Below are positions 9,241 to 20,254 of a stretch of DNA of 64,000 nucleotides, in pieces (positions within the stretch are counted from its first letter, which is position 1; every line of letters begins with the position of its first letter). The stretch lies in assembly GCA_036496985.1 (NCBI GenBank), contig DASXKE010000202.1, positions 4,678 through 68,677 on the forward strand, given 5' to 3'. Below the pieces are notes generated by a model. The model made no database searches. It saw only the letters and a program-made list of their open reading frames with translations, and had not been told where the DNA came from. The position numbers and the translations under genes were made by a program. The stretch comes from Gaiellaceae bacterium. Its GTDB lineage: Bacteria; Actinomycetota; Thermoleophilia; Gaiellales; Gaiellaceae.

Positions 9241-10415
9241 CACGCAGCCGGTCGACGCTGCTCCTGCTGCTGTCGGCCGCAGTCTGGGCCGTCGCCGCCT
9301 GGTTGCTGTGGCGGACGACCGTTCCGACGCTGCATCTGCCGCACCTCGACGAGCATGCGCTGTTTCCGGCGCAGGTCCTACGGCGCGCGCAGCACTACAG
9401 CGCAGTCGAGCGCCTCTTCTGGCTCGGGCAGACGATCACGCAGCTCGTGATGCTCGGCCTGTTCGCGCGATTCGGCATGCGCTGGACACGGGAGTCGGCC
9501 GCCGGTCCGATCGGGACGGGGATGCTCCTGGGAATGATCGGGTTCGCCCTCGTGTGGGCTGCCGAGCTCCCGTTCGCCGTGTTGGACGTCTGGTGGAGGC
9601 ACCGCTACGGGCTCCCCGCCAGCTACGTGCAGGCGACGATCGGCAACTGGCTCGCGCTCGGATCGCAGTTCGTCCTCCTCTGCGTCGCCCTCGCGATCGT
9701 CATGGGGCTCGCTCGAGCACGCCGGATCGGTAACCGCTGGTGGCTCGTGGCCGCGCCGGTCTTCGTCGGGCTGAGAACCCTGCTTGCATTCGTCGCGCCA
9801 TGGCTGCTCGGCGGCCGGCCGCTCCACGCCGCGTACGCCTCGAAGCTCGAGCGCATCGAACACGTGCATGTGCCGGTGCGCGTCCTCCGAGGCTTCGCCG
9901 AGCCGAACGCGTTCTCAACTGGGCTCGGCGCGAGTCGCCGTGTCTTCCTCTGGAAACCGATCGTCGAGCAGCCGTTTACGCCGCGGCTCGACGCTTTCGT
10001 GCTTGCGCACGAGCTCGGCCACCTTGCCCACAACCACATCTGGAAATCAATCGGCTGGTACGCGCTCTTTGCGTTCCCGGTCGCGTTCCTGATCGCGCAG
10101 ACGACGAGACGGCGCGGCGGAATGGGCGTGCCCGAGGCGGTTCCGCTCGCGATCTTCGTCTACGTCGTCCTCCAGCTCGCACAGCTGCCGATCCAGAACG
10201 TGATCAGCCGGCACTTCGAGGCGGAGGCGGACTGGTCGGCGCTTCGCGCGACCCACGATCCGCAGGCGGGAGTTCGCCTCTTCCGGCTCTTCGCGTCACA
10301 GACTCTCGACGACCCGAACCCGCCCTCGTGGGACTACATATTCCTCGAGAACCACCCGACGCTGATGCAGCGGATCGCGATGGCGAAGGCCTACGCCGCG
10401 GCCCAGTCGCCGTAG
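9237..10415 (+). CDS. M48 family zinc metallopeptidase (Ste24/HtpX-like), membrane-bound
   Basis: HELGHLAHNH zinc motif and multiple TM segments. GTGA overlap with the DUF4389 gene. Confidence 0.75.
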   Translation: MTRSRSTLLLLLSAAVWAVAAWLLWRTTVPTLHLPHLDEHALFPAQVLRRAQHYSAVERLFWLGQTITQLVMLGLFARFGMRWTRESAAGPIGTGMLLGMIGFALVWAAELPFAVLDVWWRHRYGLPASYVQATIGNWLALGSQFVLLCVALAIVMGLARARRIGNRWWLVAAPVFVGLRTLLAFVAPWLLGGRPLHAAYASKLERIEHVHVPVRVLRGFAEPNAFSTGLGASRRVFLWKPIVEQPFTPRLDAFVLAHELGHLAHNHIWKSIGWYALFAFPVAFLIAQTTRRRGGMGVPEAVPLAIFVYVVLQLAQLPIQNVISRHFEAEADWSALRATHDPQAGVRLFRLFASQTLDDPNPPSWDYIFLENHPTLMQRIAMAKAYAAAQSP

Positions 10416-12211
10416 AGGCTCGTGTAGAGACCCCGGAGGGCGAGGAGCTCCTCGTGCGAGCCCTGCTCGATCACCTGTCCGTGTTCGAGCACGACGATCA
10501 GGTCGGCGTCTCGGATCGTCGAGAGGCGGTGGGCGATCACGAATGCGGTGCGGTCCGAGAGGAGCGTCCGCAGCGCCTGCTCGATCGTCCGCTCGGTCCC
10601 GATGTCGACCGAGGACGTCGCCTCGTCGAGGATCAGGATTCGCGGATCGGCGAGGAGCGCCCGGGCGAAGGCGACGAGCTGGCGCTGGCCGAGCGACAGA
10701 CGTGAGCCGCGCTCGCCGAGCTGCGTCTCGTAGCCGTCCTCGAGCCGCAGGATGAACTCGTGCGCGCCCACGGTCTGCGCGGCCCGCACGATCTCGTCGG
10801 AACGGGCAGCCGGCTTGGCGAAGGCGATGTTGTCGGCCACGGTTCCGGCGAAGAGGAAGCCCTCCTGCGGCACGATGCCGAGCTGGCGCCGGAGCGAGTC
10901 CTGCGCGACGTCGTTGAGGTCGACGTCGTCGATCGTGATGCGGCCGGCCGTCGGCTCGTAGAAACGTGCGATGAGCTTCGCGATCGTCGACTTGCCTGCC
11001 CCCGTATGGCCGACGAGCGCAACCGTCGTCCCTGCGGGCACGTTGAGGTCGATTCCGTGCAGCACCTCCTCGCCTTGCTTGCCTCCGTAGAGGCCGTAGG
11101 CGAAGTGGACGTCCTCGAAGCGGACATGGCCCTCGATGTGCGCGAGCTTCTGCGCGCCCTCATGGTCGACGACCTCCGGCGGCTCGTCGAGGACGCCGAT
11201 GATCTTGTCGAGCGCCGCCGTCGCCGAGAGGAACGTGCTGTAGAGCTGCGACAGCTGCTGGATCGGGTCGAAGAAGTTGTTGACGAGGATCATGAACGCG
11301 AGCAGCGTCCCGAGCGCGGCCGTCGTCGGATGCTCGAAGTAGCGGCGGCCGCCGTAGCCGAGCACGATCGCGAGACAGAGCGTGGCGAGGAGGCTGACGA
11401 ACGGGAAGTAGATCCCGTTGAGGTTCACCGTCTGCATGTTCGAGTCGCGGTAGTCGCGCGCGACCGAGCGGAAGTTGTCGGTCGCCCGCTCCTCGCGCGT
11501 GAACGCCTGCACCATCCGCATGCCCGCGATGTCCTCGGCGAGTGTCGCAGTGACGAGGCCGAGCCGCTCCCGCACGGCCGCGTACGCGCGTGCCGACCGC
11601 TTGCGGAAGAACGCGCTCGCGAGGGTCATGAACGGGATGACGACGAGCGTGGCGAGCGCGAGCCGCCAGTCGAGGACGATGAGGATGATCGCCGTGCCGC
11701 TGAGCAGGAGGGTGCTCTGCGCGAGCGTCGTCACGCCGTCGGTGACGAGCTGGTCGATCGCCTCGACGTCGTTCGTCATCCGGCTGATCAGCACGCCGGC
11801 GCGGTTCCGCTCGTAGAAGCCGAGCGAGAGCTGCTGCAGGTGGCCGAAGAGCTCGGTGCGGAGGTCGGCCAGGATCCGTTCGCCGACCCAGCCGGTCATG
11901 TACGTCTCGACGTAGGTCATGCCCCAGTTCGCAAGGGCCGCTGCGACGAAGACGGCGATGACGACGACGAGCTCGGTCCCGGTCTTGTGGTTGATCCCGT
12001 CCTCGAGCGCGGCCTTCGCGAGGAGCGCGGGCGCGAGGGCCGTCACGGTCGCCGCCAGCAGGGAGAAGACGGAGAGGACAGCACGGGTGCGGTACCGCAT
12101 GGTGAGCCGCCAGAGGACGCCGAAGCGGCGCCGCGTCGTGCCCCAGGACCAGTCGTCGACCTTGGCGCCGCGCTCGCGCATGAGCTGGCCTCCGGCCTGG
12201 TGGACGCGCAC
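10391..12211 (-). CDS. ABC exporter, fused permease/ATPase (MdlB/MsbA-like half transporter)
   Basis: Six-TM domain followed by Walker A GHTGAGKST, signature LSLGQRQ and Walker B ILILDEATS. GTG 12211 and ATG 12181 are both preceded by GGAGG. Confidence 0.85.
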   Translation of the reverse strand: MRVHQAGGQLMRERGAKVDDWSWGTTRRRFGVLWRLTMRYRTRAVLSVFSLLAATVTALAPALLAKAALEDGINHKTGTELVVVIAVFVAAALANWGMTYVETYMTGWVGERILADLRTELFGHLQQLSLGFYERNRAGVLISRMTNDVEAIDQLVTDGVTTLAQSTLLLSGTAIILIVLDWRLALATLVVIPFMTLASAFFRKRSARAYAAVRERLGLVTATLAEDIAGMRMVQAFTREERATDNFRSVARDYRDSNMQTVNLNGIYFPFVSLLATLCLAIVLGYGGRRYFEHPTTAALGTLLAFMILVNNFFDPIQQLSQLYSTFLSATAALDKIIGVLDEPPEVVDHEGAQKLAHIEGHVRFEDVHFAYGLYGGKQGEEVLHGIDLNVPAGTTVALVGHTGAGKSTIAKLIARFYEPTAGRITIDDVDLNDVAQDSLRRQLGIVPQEGFLFAGTVADNIAFAKPAARSDEIVRAAQTVGAHEFILRLEDGYETQLGERGSRLSLGQRQLVAFARALLADPRILILDEATSSVDIGTERTIEQALRTLLSDRTAFVIAHRLSTIRDADLIVVLEHGQVIEQGSHEELLALRGLYTSLYGDWAAA

Positions 12212-14004
12212 TAGGCGACCTCCTCCACGTCGGCTCGGGCTTCGACCGCGTCGGCGAACTGCCGCTCGAGCAGGCCGTGCTCGTAGATCTCGCGGTAGAT
12301 GCCGCTGGTGTCGAGCAGCTCGTCGTGGGTGCCGCGCGCTGCGATCCGGCCTTCGTCGAGAACGACGATCTCGTCGGCGAGCGCGATCGTCGACAGGCGG
12401 TGCGCGATGATCAGGGTCGTCCGGCCGCTCATCACCTCGCGCAGGCCGACGCGAATCTGCGCCTCCGTCGTGGCGTCGACCGAGGCGGTCGCGTCGTCGA
12501 GGATCAAGATGCGCGGGTCGATTGCGAGCGCCCGCGCTATGGCGACCCGCTGCCGCTGGCCTCCCGAGAGCGTGATGCCGCGCTCTCCGATCACCGTTTC
12601 GTAGCCCTGCGGCAGCCGCTCGACGAACTCGTGCGCCTCCGCGAGCCGCGCGACGCGCTCGACCTCGGCGTCCGTCATCTCCGGGCGGCCGAAGGCGATG
12701 TTCTCGCGGACGGTCGTCGAGAAGAGGAACGGATCCTGGGGGATGACGCCGATCTCGCGGCGCAGCGAGGCGAGCCTGACGTCGCGAACGTCCGCCCCGT
12801 CGACGAGGACTCGTCCTGCCTCGACGTCGTAGAAGCGCGGCAGGAGCGAGGCGAGCGTCGTCTTGCCCGACCCGGTGTGGCCGATGAGCGCCAGCGTCGT
12901 TCCCGCGTCGAGCGTGAGGTCGACCTCCTCGAGAACCGGCCGCCCCGGGAGGTACGAGAACGAGACGTTCTCGAAGCGGATCTCGCCGTCGCCCGGCGGC
13001 AGGTCGACGGCCTCGGGCTTGTCTGCGACCTCCTCCGGCTCGTCGAGCACCTGGAAGATGCGCTCGCCCGACGCGGTCGCCCGCTGCGCCTGGCCGATCC
13101 ACATCCCGAGTCCGCGAAGCGGCATGACGAGCATCCCGAGGAACAGGTTGAAGGCGACGAAGTACCCGACTGACAGCGACCCGTGCGCCACCATCCGCGC
13201 ACCGAACAGGAGCACTGCGGCCTGCGCGAGCAATGGCAGGAACGAGAGGAGCGGCACGTAGGTCGCGCGCTGGCGGTTCGCCCGGATCGTTTCGGCGAAC
13301 AGCGAGTCGTTGCGCGCGGCGAACTTCTGCTCCTCCGCGGGCTCCTGCGCAAACGCCTTGACGACGTGGACGCCGACGATGTTCTCCTCCGCGACGGTTG
13401 CGACGTCGGCGAGCTTCTGCTGCACGTTGCGGAGCGTCGGGTGCGCGACGTGGCTGTAGCGGTAGGCGAGCGCGATCAGGAACGGCGTCACGGCGAGTAC
13501 GGCGAGCGCGAGCCGCCACTCGAGGAAGAAGAGGACGATGGTCACCGAGACGACGGTGAGCGCGTTCTGGAAGAAGAAGATCAGGCCGTAGCCGAGAAAG
13601 AAGCGCACGCCTTGCAGGTCGACGGTCGCCCGCGACATGAGCTGCCCGGTCTGGTTGCGGTCGTAGAACCCGAACGAGAGCCGGACGAGGTGCGAGTAGA
13701 GGCTCTGCCGCAGGTCCATCTCGACGTCGAGCGCCTGTTTGCCCGAGATGAGACGGCGACCGGACATGAGCACGGACGAGACGATTCCGAGGGCAACGAT
13801 CACCGCGACGTAGAGCCACAGCTGGCTCGTGTCGCCCGACTCGAGCGCCCCGTCGATCACGTTGCGTCCGGTCACCCAGATGAGCGCGATCTGACACGCC
13901 TGCGAGCCGACTGCGAGGACGATCGAGATCACGACCCCGCGCTTGTACGGACGCAGGAAGGACAGGAGCCGCCCGAAGGTGCGGCGATACGGAACCGCGC
14001 TCAC
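12211..14004 (-). CDS. ABC exporter, fused permease/ATPase (partner half transporter)
   Basis: Walker A GHTGSGKTT, signature LSGGQRQR, Walker B ILILDDATS. Its stop overlaps the downstream start by 1 nt. Confidence 0.85.
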   Translation of the reverse strand: MSAVPYRRTFGRLLSFLRPYKRGVVISIVLAVGSQACQIALIWVTGRNVIDGALESGDTSQLWLYVAVIVALGIVSSVLMSGRRLISGKQALDVEMDLRQSLYSHLVRLSFGFYDRNQTGQLMSRATVDLQGVRFFLGYGLIFFFQNALTVVSVTIVLFFLEWRLALAVLAVTPFLIALAYRYSHVAHPTLRNVQQKLADVATVAEENIVGVHVVKAFAQEPAEEQKFAARNDSLFAETIRANRQRATYVPLLSFLPLLAQAAVLLFGARMVAHGSLSVGYFVAFNLFLGMLVMPLRGLGMWIGQAQRATASGERIFQVLDEPEEVADKPEAVDLPPGDGEIRFENVSFSYLPGRPVLEEVDLTLDAGTTLALIGHTGSGKTTLASLLPRFYDVEAGRVLVDGADVRDVRLASLRREIGVIPQDPFLFSTTVRENIAFGRPEMTDAEVERVARLAEAHEFVERLPQGYETVIGERGITLSGGQRQRVAIARALAIDPRILILDDATASVDATTEAQIRVGLREVMSGRTTLIIAHRLSTIALADEIVVLDEGRIAARGTHDELLDTSGIYREIYEHGLLERQFADAVEARADVEEVA

Positions 14005-14011
14005 TCCCTTG

Positions 14012-14017
14012 AATGTA
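14012..14017 (-). promoter_or_regulatory. -10-like box TACATT, 7 nt upstream of GTG 14004 (leaderless candidate)
   Basis: Read directly. Part of the recurrent TANNNT-N6-9-start pattern. Confidence 0.4.
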
Positions 14018-14029
14018 GCGACGGAGTCC

Positions 14030-14035
14030 TATGCT
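14030..14035 (+). promoter_or_regulatory. -10-like box TATGCT, 8 nt upstream of ATG 14044
   Basis: Read directly. No Shine-Dalgarno sequence in between. Confidence 0.35.
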
Positions 14036-14043
14036 CTTCGGCG

Positions 14044-14667
14044 ATGAATGCGGCCCCCGACGGCAGCCCGGTCGAGGTCTACGCGCGGCTGCCGGAGCTG
14101 GGAGAGGGCGAGATCGTCGCCTCGGTGCTTCCCGCAGGCGCGTCGGTGCTCGAGCTCGGCTGCGGGACGGGGCGGATCACGCGCCAGCTCGTGCGGCTCG
14201 GGTACGACGTGACGGCGGTGGACGAGTCGGTGGAGATGCTGGCTCACGTCCGCGACGCAGAGACGGTTCAGGCGCGCATCGAGGGGCTCGACCTCGGCCG
14301 CCGCTTCGACGCCGTGCTCCTTGCAAGCAACCTCGTCACGGCCGAACCGGCGCAGCGTCGCGCTTTCCTCGAGACGTGCCGGCGGCATTCCGACCTTGTC
14401 ATCTGCGAAGGGCTCCCGTTGGGCTGGACGCCGGAGGACGGCGAGACGCTGCTCGGGGAGGTTGTCTCGCGGCTCCGGGTCGACAGCGTCGAGGACGGTT
14501 TGGTGCACGGCGAGATGGAGTACGAGGTCGCCGGCGAGACATGGCGGCACACGTTCGAGATGCGGGTCTTCGCCGACGAAGCGGAGCTCGGCGCTGCGCT
14601 CGCCGGCGCGGGGCTTCGGCTCGAGCGGCGGCTCGACGCGCGCTGGTTCACGGCCCGAGCCGCTTGA
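14044..14667 (+). CDS. Class I SAM-dependent methyltransferase
   Basis: Motif I VLELGCGTGRIT followed by an acidic residue in VTAVDES. Confidence 0.75.
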   Translation: MNAAPDGSPVEVYARLPELGEGEIVASVLPAGASVLELGCGTGRITRQLVRLGYDVTAVDESVEMLAHVRDAETVQARIEGLDLGRRFDAVLLASNLVTAEPAQRRAFLETCRRHSDLVICEGLPLGWTPEDGETLLGEVVSRLRVDSVEDGLVHGEMEYEVAGETWRHTFEMRVFADEAELGAALAGAGLRLERRLDARWFTARAA

Positions 14668-15256
14668 GCTCCTCCCGGACGAGCATTCGGGCTTTGGCGA
14701 GCCGTTGCTTGTTCGCCGGATCGTTGAGCCAGCCGCTCGCGCCTGACGGGTGGGGGAGCGGGACGACCGGAGTCCCGGCCAGCTCGTAGCGCTCGCCGAT
14801 GCAGTCGGTGAGCGAGCTGAAGCCAAGCATCCGTCGCAGCGCGAGCCCGCCGACGGTGACGATCAGCCGCGGTCGCAGCAGCTCGAGCTCCCATTCGCGC
14901 CAGAAGGAGCACAGCTCCTGCTCGCGCGGCGCCGGAGCCCGGTCGCCGCGGCCGGACGGTGCGCGGCCCGGGTAGCAGCGCGTGACGGACGCGCAGTAGA
15001 AGGTCGCGTAGAAGCCGTCCTCCTCGAGCTCGAGCCAGCGGCGCAGGGTCCGGCCTGCGCGGCCGCGCCAGGGAAGCCGCTCCTCTCCCTCGACGACTCC
15101 GGGCGCCTGGCCGAACAGGTAGGCGCGTTGGCGGGCGCCGGGCGCACGCACGGGGAGCGATTCGAGCGGGAAGCCGGCCTCGGCGCACGCGCGGCAGCGG
15201 GCGAGGTCGCGCTCGAGCGAGGCGAGCGAGCGGTAGGAGGACTTGCGGGCGGTCAC
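14648..15256 (-). CDS. Uracil-DNA glycosylase superfamily protein (family 4/5-like, Fe-S type)
   Basis: Motif A LFGQAPG, motif B LPHPSGAS, and Cys residues (CRAC...C...C) consistent with a 4Fe-4S cluster. Start chosen at GTG 15256. Confidence 0.7.
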   Translation of the reverse strand: MTARKSSYRSLASLERDLARCRACAEAGFPLESLPVRAPGARQRAYLFGQAPGVVEGEERLPWRGRAGRTLRRWLELEEDGFYATFYCASVTRCYPGRAPSGRGDRAPAPREQELCSFWREWELELLRPRLIVTVGGLALRRMLGFSSLTDCIGERYELAGTPVVPLPHPSGASGWLNDPANKQRLAKARMLVREELKRLGP

Positions 15257-15264
15257 CGGCGTGG

Positions 15265-15274
15265 AGCGTAGGGT
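15265..15274. promoter_or_regulatory. Overlapping back-to-back -10-like boxes: TACGCT (minus, 8 nt before GTG 15256) and TAGGGT (plus, 8 nt before ATG 15283)
   Basis: Read directly in the 26-bp divergent gap. Confidence 0.4.
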
Positions 15275-15282
15275 CCGAGCCG

Positions 15283-16161
15283 ATGCTGCCGCTCGAGGCC
15301 GTGCCGAACTTCTCCGAAGGGCGCGACCGCTCGACGATCGAGGCGATCGGCGAGGCGCTCTCGGCGCACGCGCGCCTGCTCGACGTCCACTCGGACGAAG
15401 ACCACAACCGCAGCGTGTACACGCTCGTCGGCAGCGAAGGCGAGCTCGTCGCCGCACTGCTATCGGGCATCGCGTGCGCCCGCGAGCGGATCGACCTGCG
15501 TCGACACGAGGGAGCTCACCCGTGCATCGGCGCCGCCGACGTCGTCCCGCTCGTCCCGATCCGGGAGGCCGATGCCGATCGTGCCCGCTCTGCGGCTCTC
15601 GAGCTCGCGCGGCGGGTGGGGGAGGAGCTCGCACTTCCGGTCCTCCTCTACGCGGACCTTGCGTCCGGGCGCGGCCCCGCCTTCTTCCGGCGTGGAGGGC
15701 CGACCGAGCTCCAGCGGCGCGTCGACGCGGGCGAGCTCGTTCCGGATTTCGGGCCGGCGCGGCTCGACGAGCGGGCAGGCGCCGTTCTCGTCGGCGCGCG
15801 GTCGCCGTTGATCGCCTTCAACATCGATCTCGCGAGCGACGATCTCGATGCGGCGCGAGACGTTGCGCGCGCCGTGCGCGAGCGCGACGGCGGCTTCCCG
15901 GGAGTTCGGGCGCTCGGGCTTCGCCTCCCGAGGGCTGGACATGTCCAGGTGAGCCTCAACATCGAGGACTGGCGCGCTTCGCCGCTGCACGAGGTCGTCG
16001 CCGCGGTACAGCGAGAGGCGAGCGCGCGAGGGCTTCGGGTCACCGGCTCGGAGCTCGTGGGGCTGCTCCCGGCGGGCGCTGTGGTCGCGGCCGCGGACTC
16101 TCTCCTCGTGGCCGGCCTCGATCCGGCGCACGTCCTGGAACTGCGGCTTTTGCCGGAGTAG
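15283..16161 (+). CDS. Glutamate formimidoyltransferase (FTCD N-terminal-type domain only)
   Basis: N-terminus LEAVPNFSEGRD is the family hallmark. About 292 aa. Adjacent to hutHUI. Confidence 0.8.
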   Translation: MLPLEAVPNFSEGRDRSTIEAIGEALSAHARLLDVHSDEDHNRSVYTLVGSEGELVAALLSGIACARERIDLRRHEGAHPCIGAADVVPLVPIREADADRARSAALELARRVGEELALPVLLYADLASGRGPAFFRRGGPTELQRRVDAGELVPDFGPARLDERAGAVLVGARSPLIAFNIDLASDDLDAARDVARAVRERDGGFPGVRALGLRLPRAGHVQVSLNIEDWRASPLHEVVAAVQREASARGLRVTGSELVGLLPAGAVVAAADSLLVAGLDPAHVLELRLLPE

Positions 16162-16164
16162 CAT
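16159..16164 (+). promoter_or_regulatory. -10-like box TAGCAT, 7 nt upstream of ATG 16172
   Basis: Read directly. It overlaps the stop codon of the upstream gene. Confidence 0.35.
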
Positions 16165-16171
16165 TGCGGCG

Positions 16172-16963
16172 ATGGCGTTCCTGACCTCGTCTGACGGGGT
16201 GCGGCTCGCGTACGTCCTCGAGGGTGACGGCCCTGCGCTGGTGCTCCACACAGGTGCCGGCTGCGACGCCGATCTCTGGCGGGCGGCCGGCTACGTCGAG
16301 CCGCTCGCCGCGTCGTACACCTGCATCCTCTTCGACCACCGCGGCCACGGCGCGAGCGACTGCCCGCGCGGGCCGGCCGCGTACCACGTCGACCGCCTGA
16401 CGGCCGACGTCGTCGAGTTGCTCGACCACCTCGACCTCGAGTCGGTCGCGTTCTGGGGCTATTCGGCCGGCATCAGCCCCGGTATCAAGCTCTGCGAAGA
16501 GCAGCCGCGCCGGGTGTGGGCGCTGCTCGGCAGCGGCGGCATAGCACCCGCGGATTCCCCGGAAGAGCTCGCCGACTGGCTCGCCGTAACGGTTCCGGAG
16601 TTTCGCGAGCGCGGGTGGGAAACGCTGCTCGAACGCTTCGGCAAACAAGAACCCGATCCCATTCCCGACTGGATGAAGGAGCGAATCCGCGCCACCGACG
16701 TCGGGCAGTACATCGATCAGCTCCTGGCGCTGCCCGACTGGGATTGGGACGAGTGGGAGGCGCTCGGGAAGCTCTCGACGCCGACACTCTTTCTCACCGG
16801 GGAGCTCGAGGATCCCGACGACCTCGTCGAGCAGGCGGTGGAGCGGATGTCGAACGGCGCCCGCGTCCGCATTGCCGGGCAGGGGCACATCAACGCCTTC
16901 CTCCGCAGCGACGATGTCCTGCCGCACGTGACGGCCTTCCTCGCCGCGAACGCGCCCGCGTAG
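16172..16963 (+). CDS. Alpha/beta hydrolase fold protein
   Basis: HTGAGCD oxyanion region, nucleophile elbow GYSAG, and a C-terminal GHI... His. Confidence 0.75.
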   Translation: MAFLTSSDGVRLAYVLEGDGPALVLHTGAGCDADLWRAAGYVEPLAASYTCILFDHRGHGASDCPRGPAAYHVDRLTADVVELLDHLDLESVAFWGYSAGISPGIKLCEEQPRRVWALLGSGGIAPADSPEELADWLAVTVPEFRERGWETLLERFGKQEPDPIPDWMKERIRATDVGQYIDQLLALPDWDWDEWEALGKLSTPTLFLTGELEDPDDLVEQAVERMSNGARVRIAGQGHINAFLRSDDVLPHVTAFLAANAPA

Positions 16964-16990
16964 GCCGACTCGGCGCCTCGCGGTCGGCCG

Positions 16991-16996
16991 TAGACT
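16991..16996 (+). promoter_or_regulatory. -10-like box TAGACT, 7 nt upstream of GTG 17004 (hutH, leaderless candidate)
   Basis: Read directly. Confidence 0.45.
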
Positions 16997-17003
16997 CGGC
17001 TTC

Positions 17004-18544
17004 GTGGCGCGGCGGACGGCGATTGGCCTCACGGGCGAAGACCTGACCGTCGACGACGTTTGGGCCGTTGCTGTGGAACGGGCCGGGGCGGAGCTGACCG
17101 ACCGGGCACGAGAGAGGATCGGCGCCGCCCGTGAGCTCGTGGAGCGTGCGGCGCACGGGAGCCGGGAGCACACCTACGGCGTCAACACCGGCTTCGGCCG
17201 CTTCGTGGCCGTTGCGATCCCCGAGGAGCAGACCGCCGAGCTGCAGCTGCGACTGCTGCGCTCGCACGCCTGCGGAGTCGGAGATCCGTATCCCGACGAA
17301 GTCGTGCGCGCGGCGATGCTCCTGCGCGCGAACGCCCTCGCGAAGGGCACCTCCGGCGCCCGCGTCGAGACGGTCGAGCTACTCCTCGCACTTCTCGACC
17401 GGGGCGTGCTTCCGGTCGTGCCCGGGCGGGGCTCGGTGGGAGCCTCCGGCGACCTCGCGCCGCTCGCCCATCTCGCGCTCCCGCTCGTCGGCGAGGGAGA
17501 GGCCTGGTTCGAGGGCGAACGGCTCACCGGAGCCGATGCGCTGGCGCGCGCCGGGCTCGAGCCGGTTCAGCTCGAGGCAAAGGAAGGGCTGTCGCTCATC
17601 AACGGCACGCAGTTCATGGCGGCGATGCTCGCACTCGGCCTCGTGCGGGCACGACGTCTCGCACAGGCCGCCGACGTCGCCTGCGCGCTCTCGGTCGAGG
17701 CGCTCCAGGGATCGCGCACCTCGTTCCTGCCGCAGATCCACATACTCCGCCCGCTGCGCGGCCAGCAGGTCGCAGCCGCGAACGTCCTGCGCCTCCTCGA
17801 GGGCTCGGCGATCATCGAGGCGCATCGCTGGTGCGACAAGGTGCAGGACGCGTACTCGCTGCGCTGCGCGCCGCAGGTGCACGGGGCGTGCCGCGACCTC
17901 CTCGAGTACGCGGAGTACACCGTCGGCGTCGAGCTGAATGCCGCCACCGACAACCCGCTCGTGCTGGTCGACGACGAAGTGCTCGTGTCGAACGGCAACT
18001 TCCACGGGCAGCCGCTCGCCTTCGCCCTCGACGCGCTCGCGATGGCGGTCGCCGAGCTCGCGAGCATCTCCGAGCGCCGAGTCGAGCGGCTCGTCAACCC
18101 GAATCTCTCCGACGGCCTGCCTGCCTTCCTCACCACCGACGGCGGGCTCAACAGCGGCTTCATGATCCCGCAGTACGTGGCCGCTTCCCTCGTCTCCGAG
18201 AACAAGGTGCTCTGTCACCCCGCGTCGGTCGACTCGATCCCGACGAGCGCAGGACAGGAGGATCACGTCTCGATGGGGAACGCGTCCGGACTGAAGGCGT
18301 GGCAGGTGCTTGCGAACTGCGAGCGGGCGGTGGCGATCGAGCTGCTCGCGGGTGCGCAGGCCGTCGAGTTCCATGCGCCGCTGGAGCCGGGAGCCGGCGG
18401 ACGCGCCGCACGTGCGGCCGTGCGCGAGCTCTCGCCGAGGCTGCGCGACGACCGTTCGCTCGCCGGCGACATCGAAGCGGTTGCCACCTCGATTCGCGAC
18501 GGGTCGCTGCTCGCAGCGGTCGAGGCCGCCGCCGGAACGCTCTC

Positions 18545-18548
<4 letters not shown>
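17004..18548 (+). CDS. hutH: Histidine ammonia-lyase
   Basis: MIO-forming motif [15 protein letters not shown] with full-length similarity to the family. Confidence 0.92.

Positions 18549-20250
<1,702 letters not shown>

Positions 20251-20254
<4 letters not shown>

Noticed and set aside
12212-13897. N-terminal ~560 codons of the 1168-aa ORF 10391..13897
   Set aside because: This part is out of frame with, and fully overlaps, the well-supported ABC half-transporter gene 12211..14004. ABC motifs appear only after the MRERG/VRVHQ start near 12181-12211. I therefore called two genes rather than one giant one.
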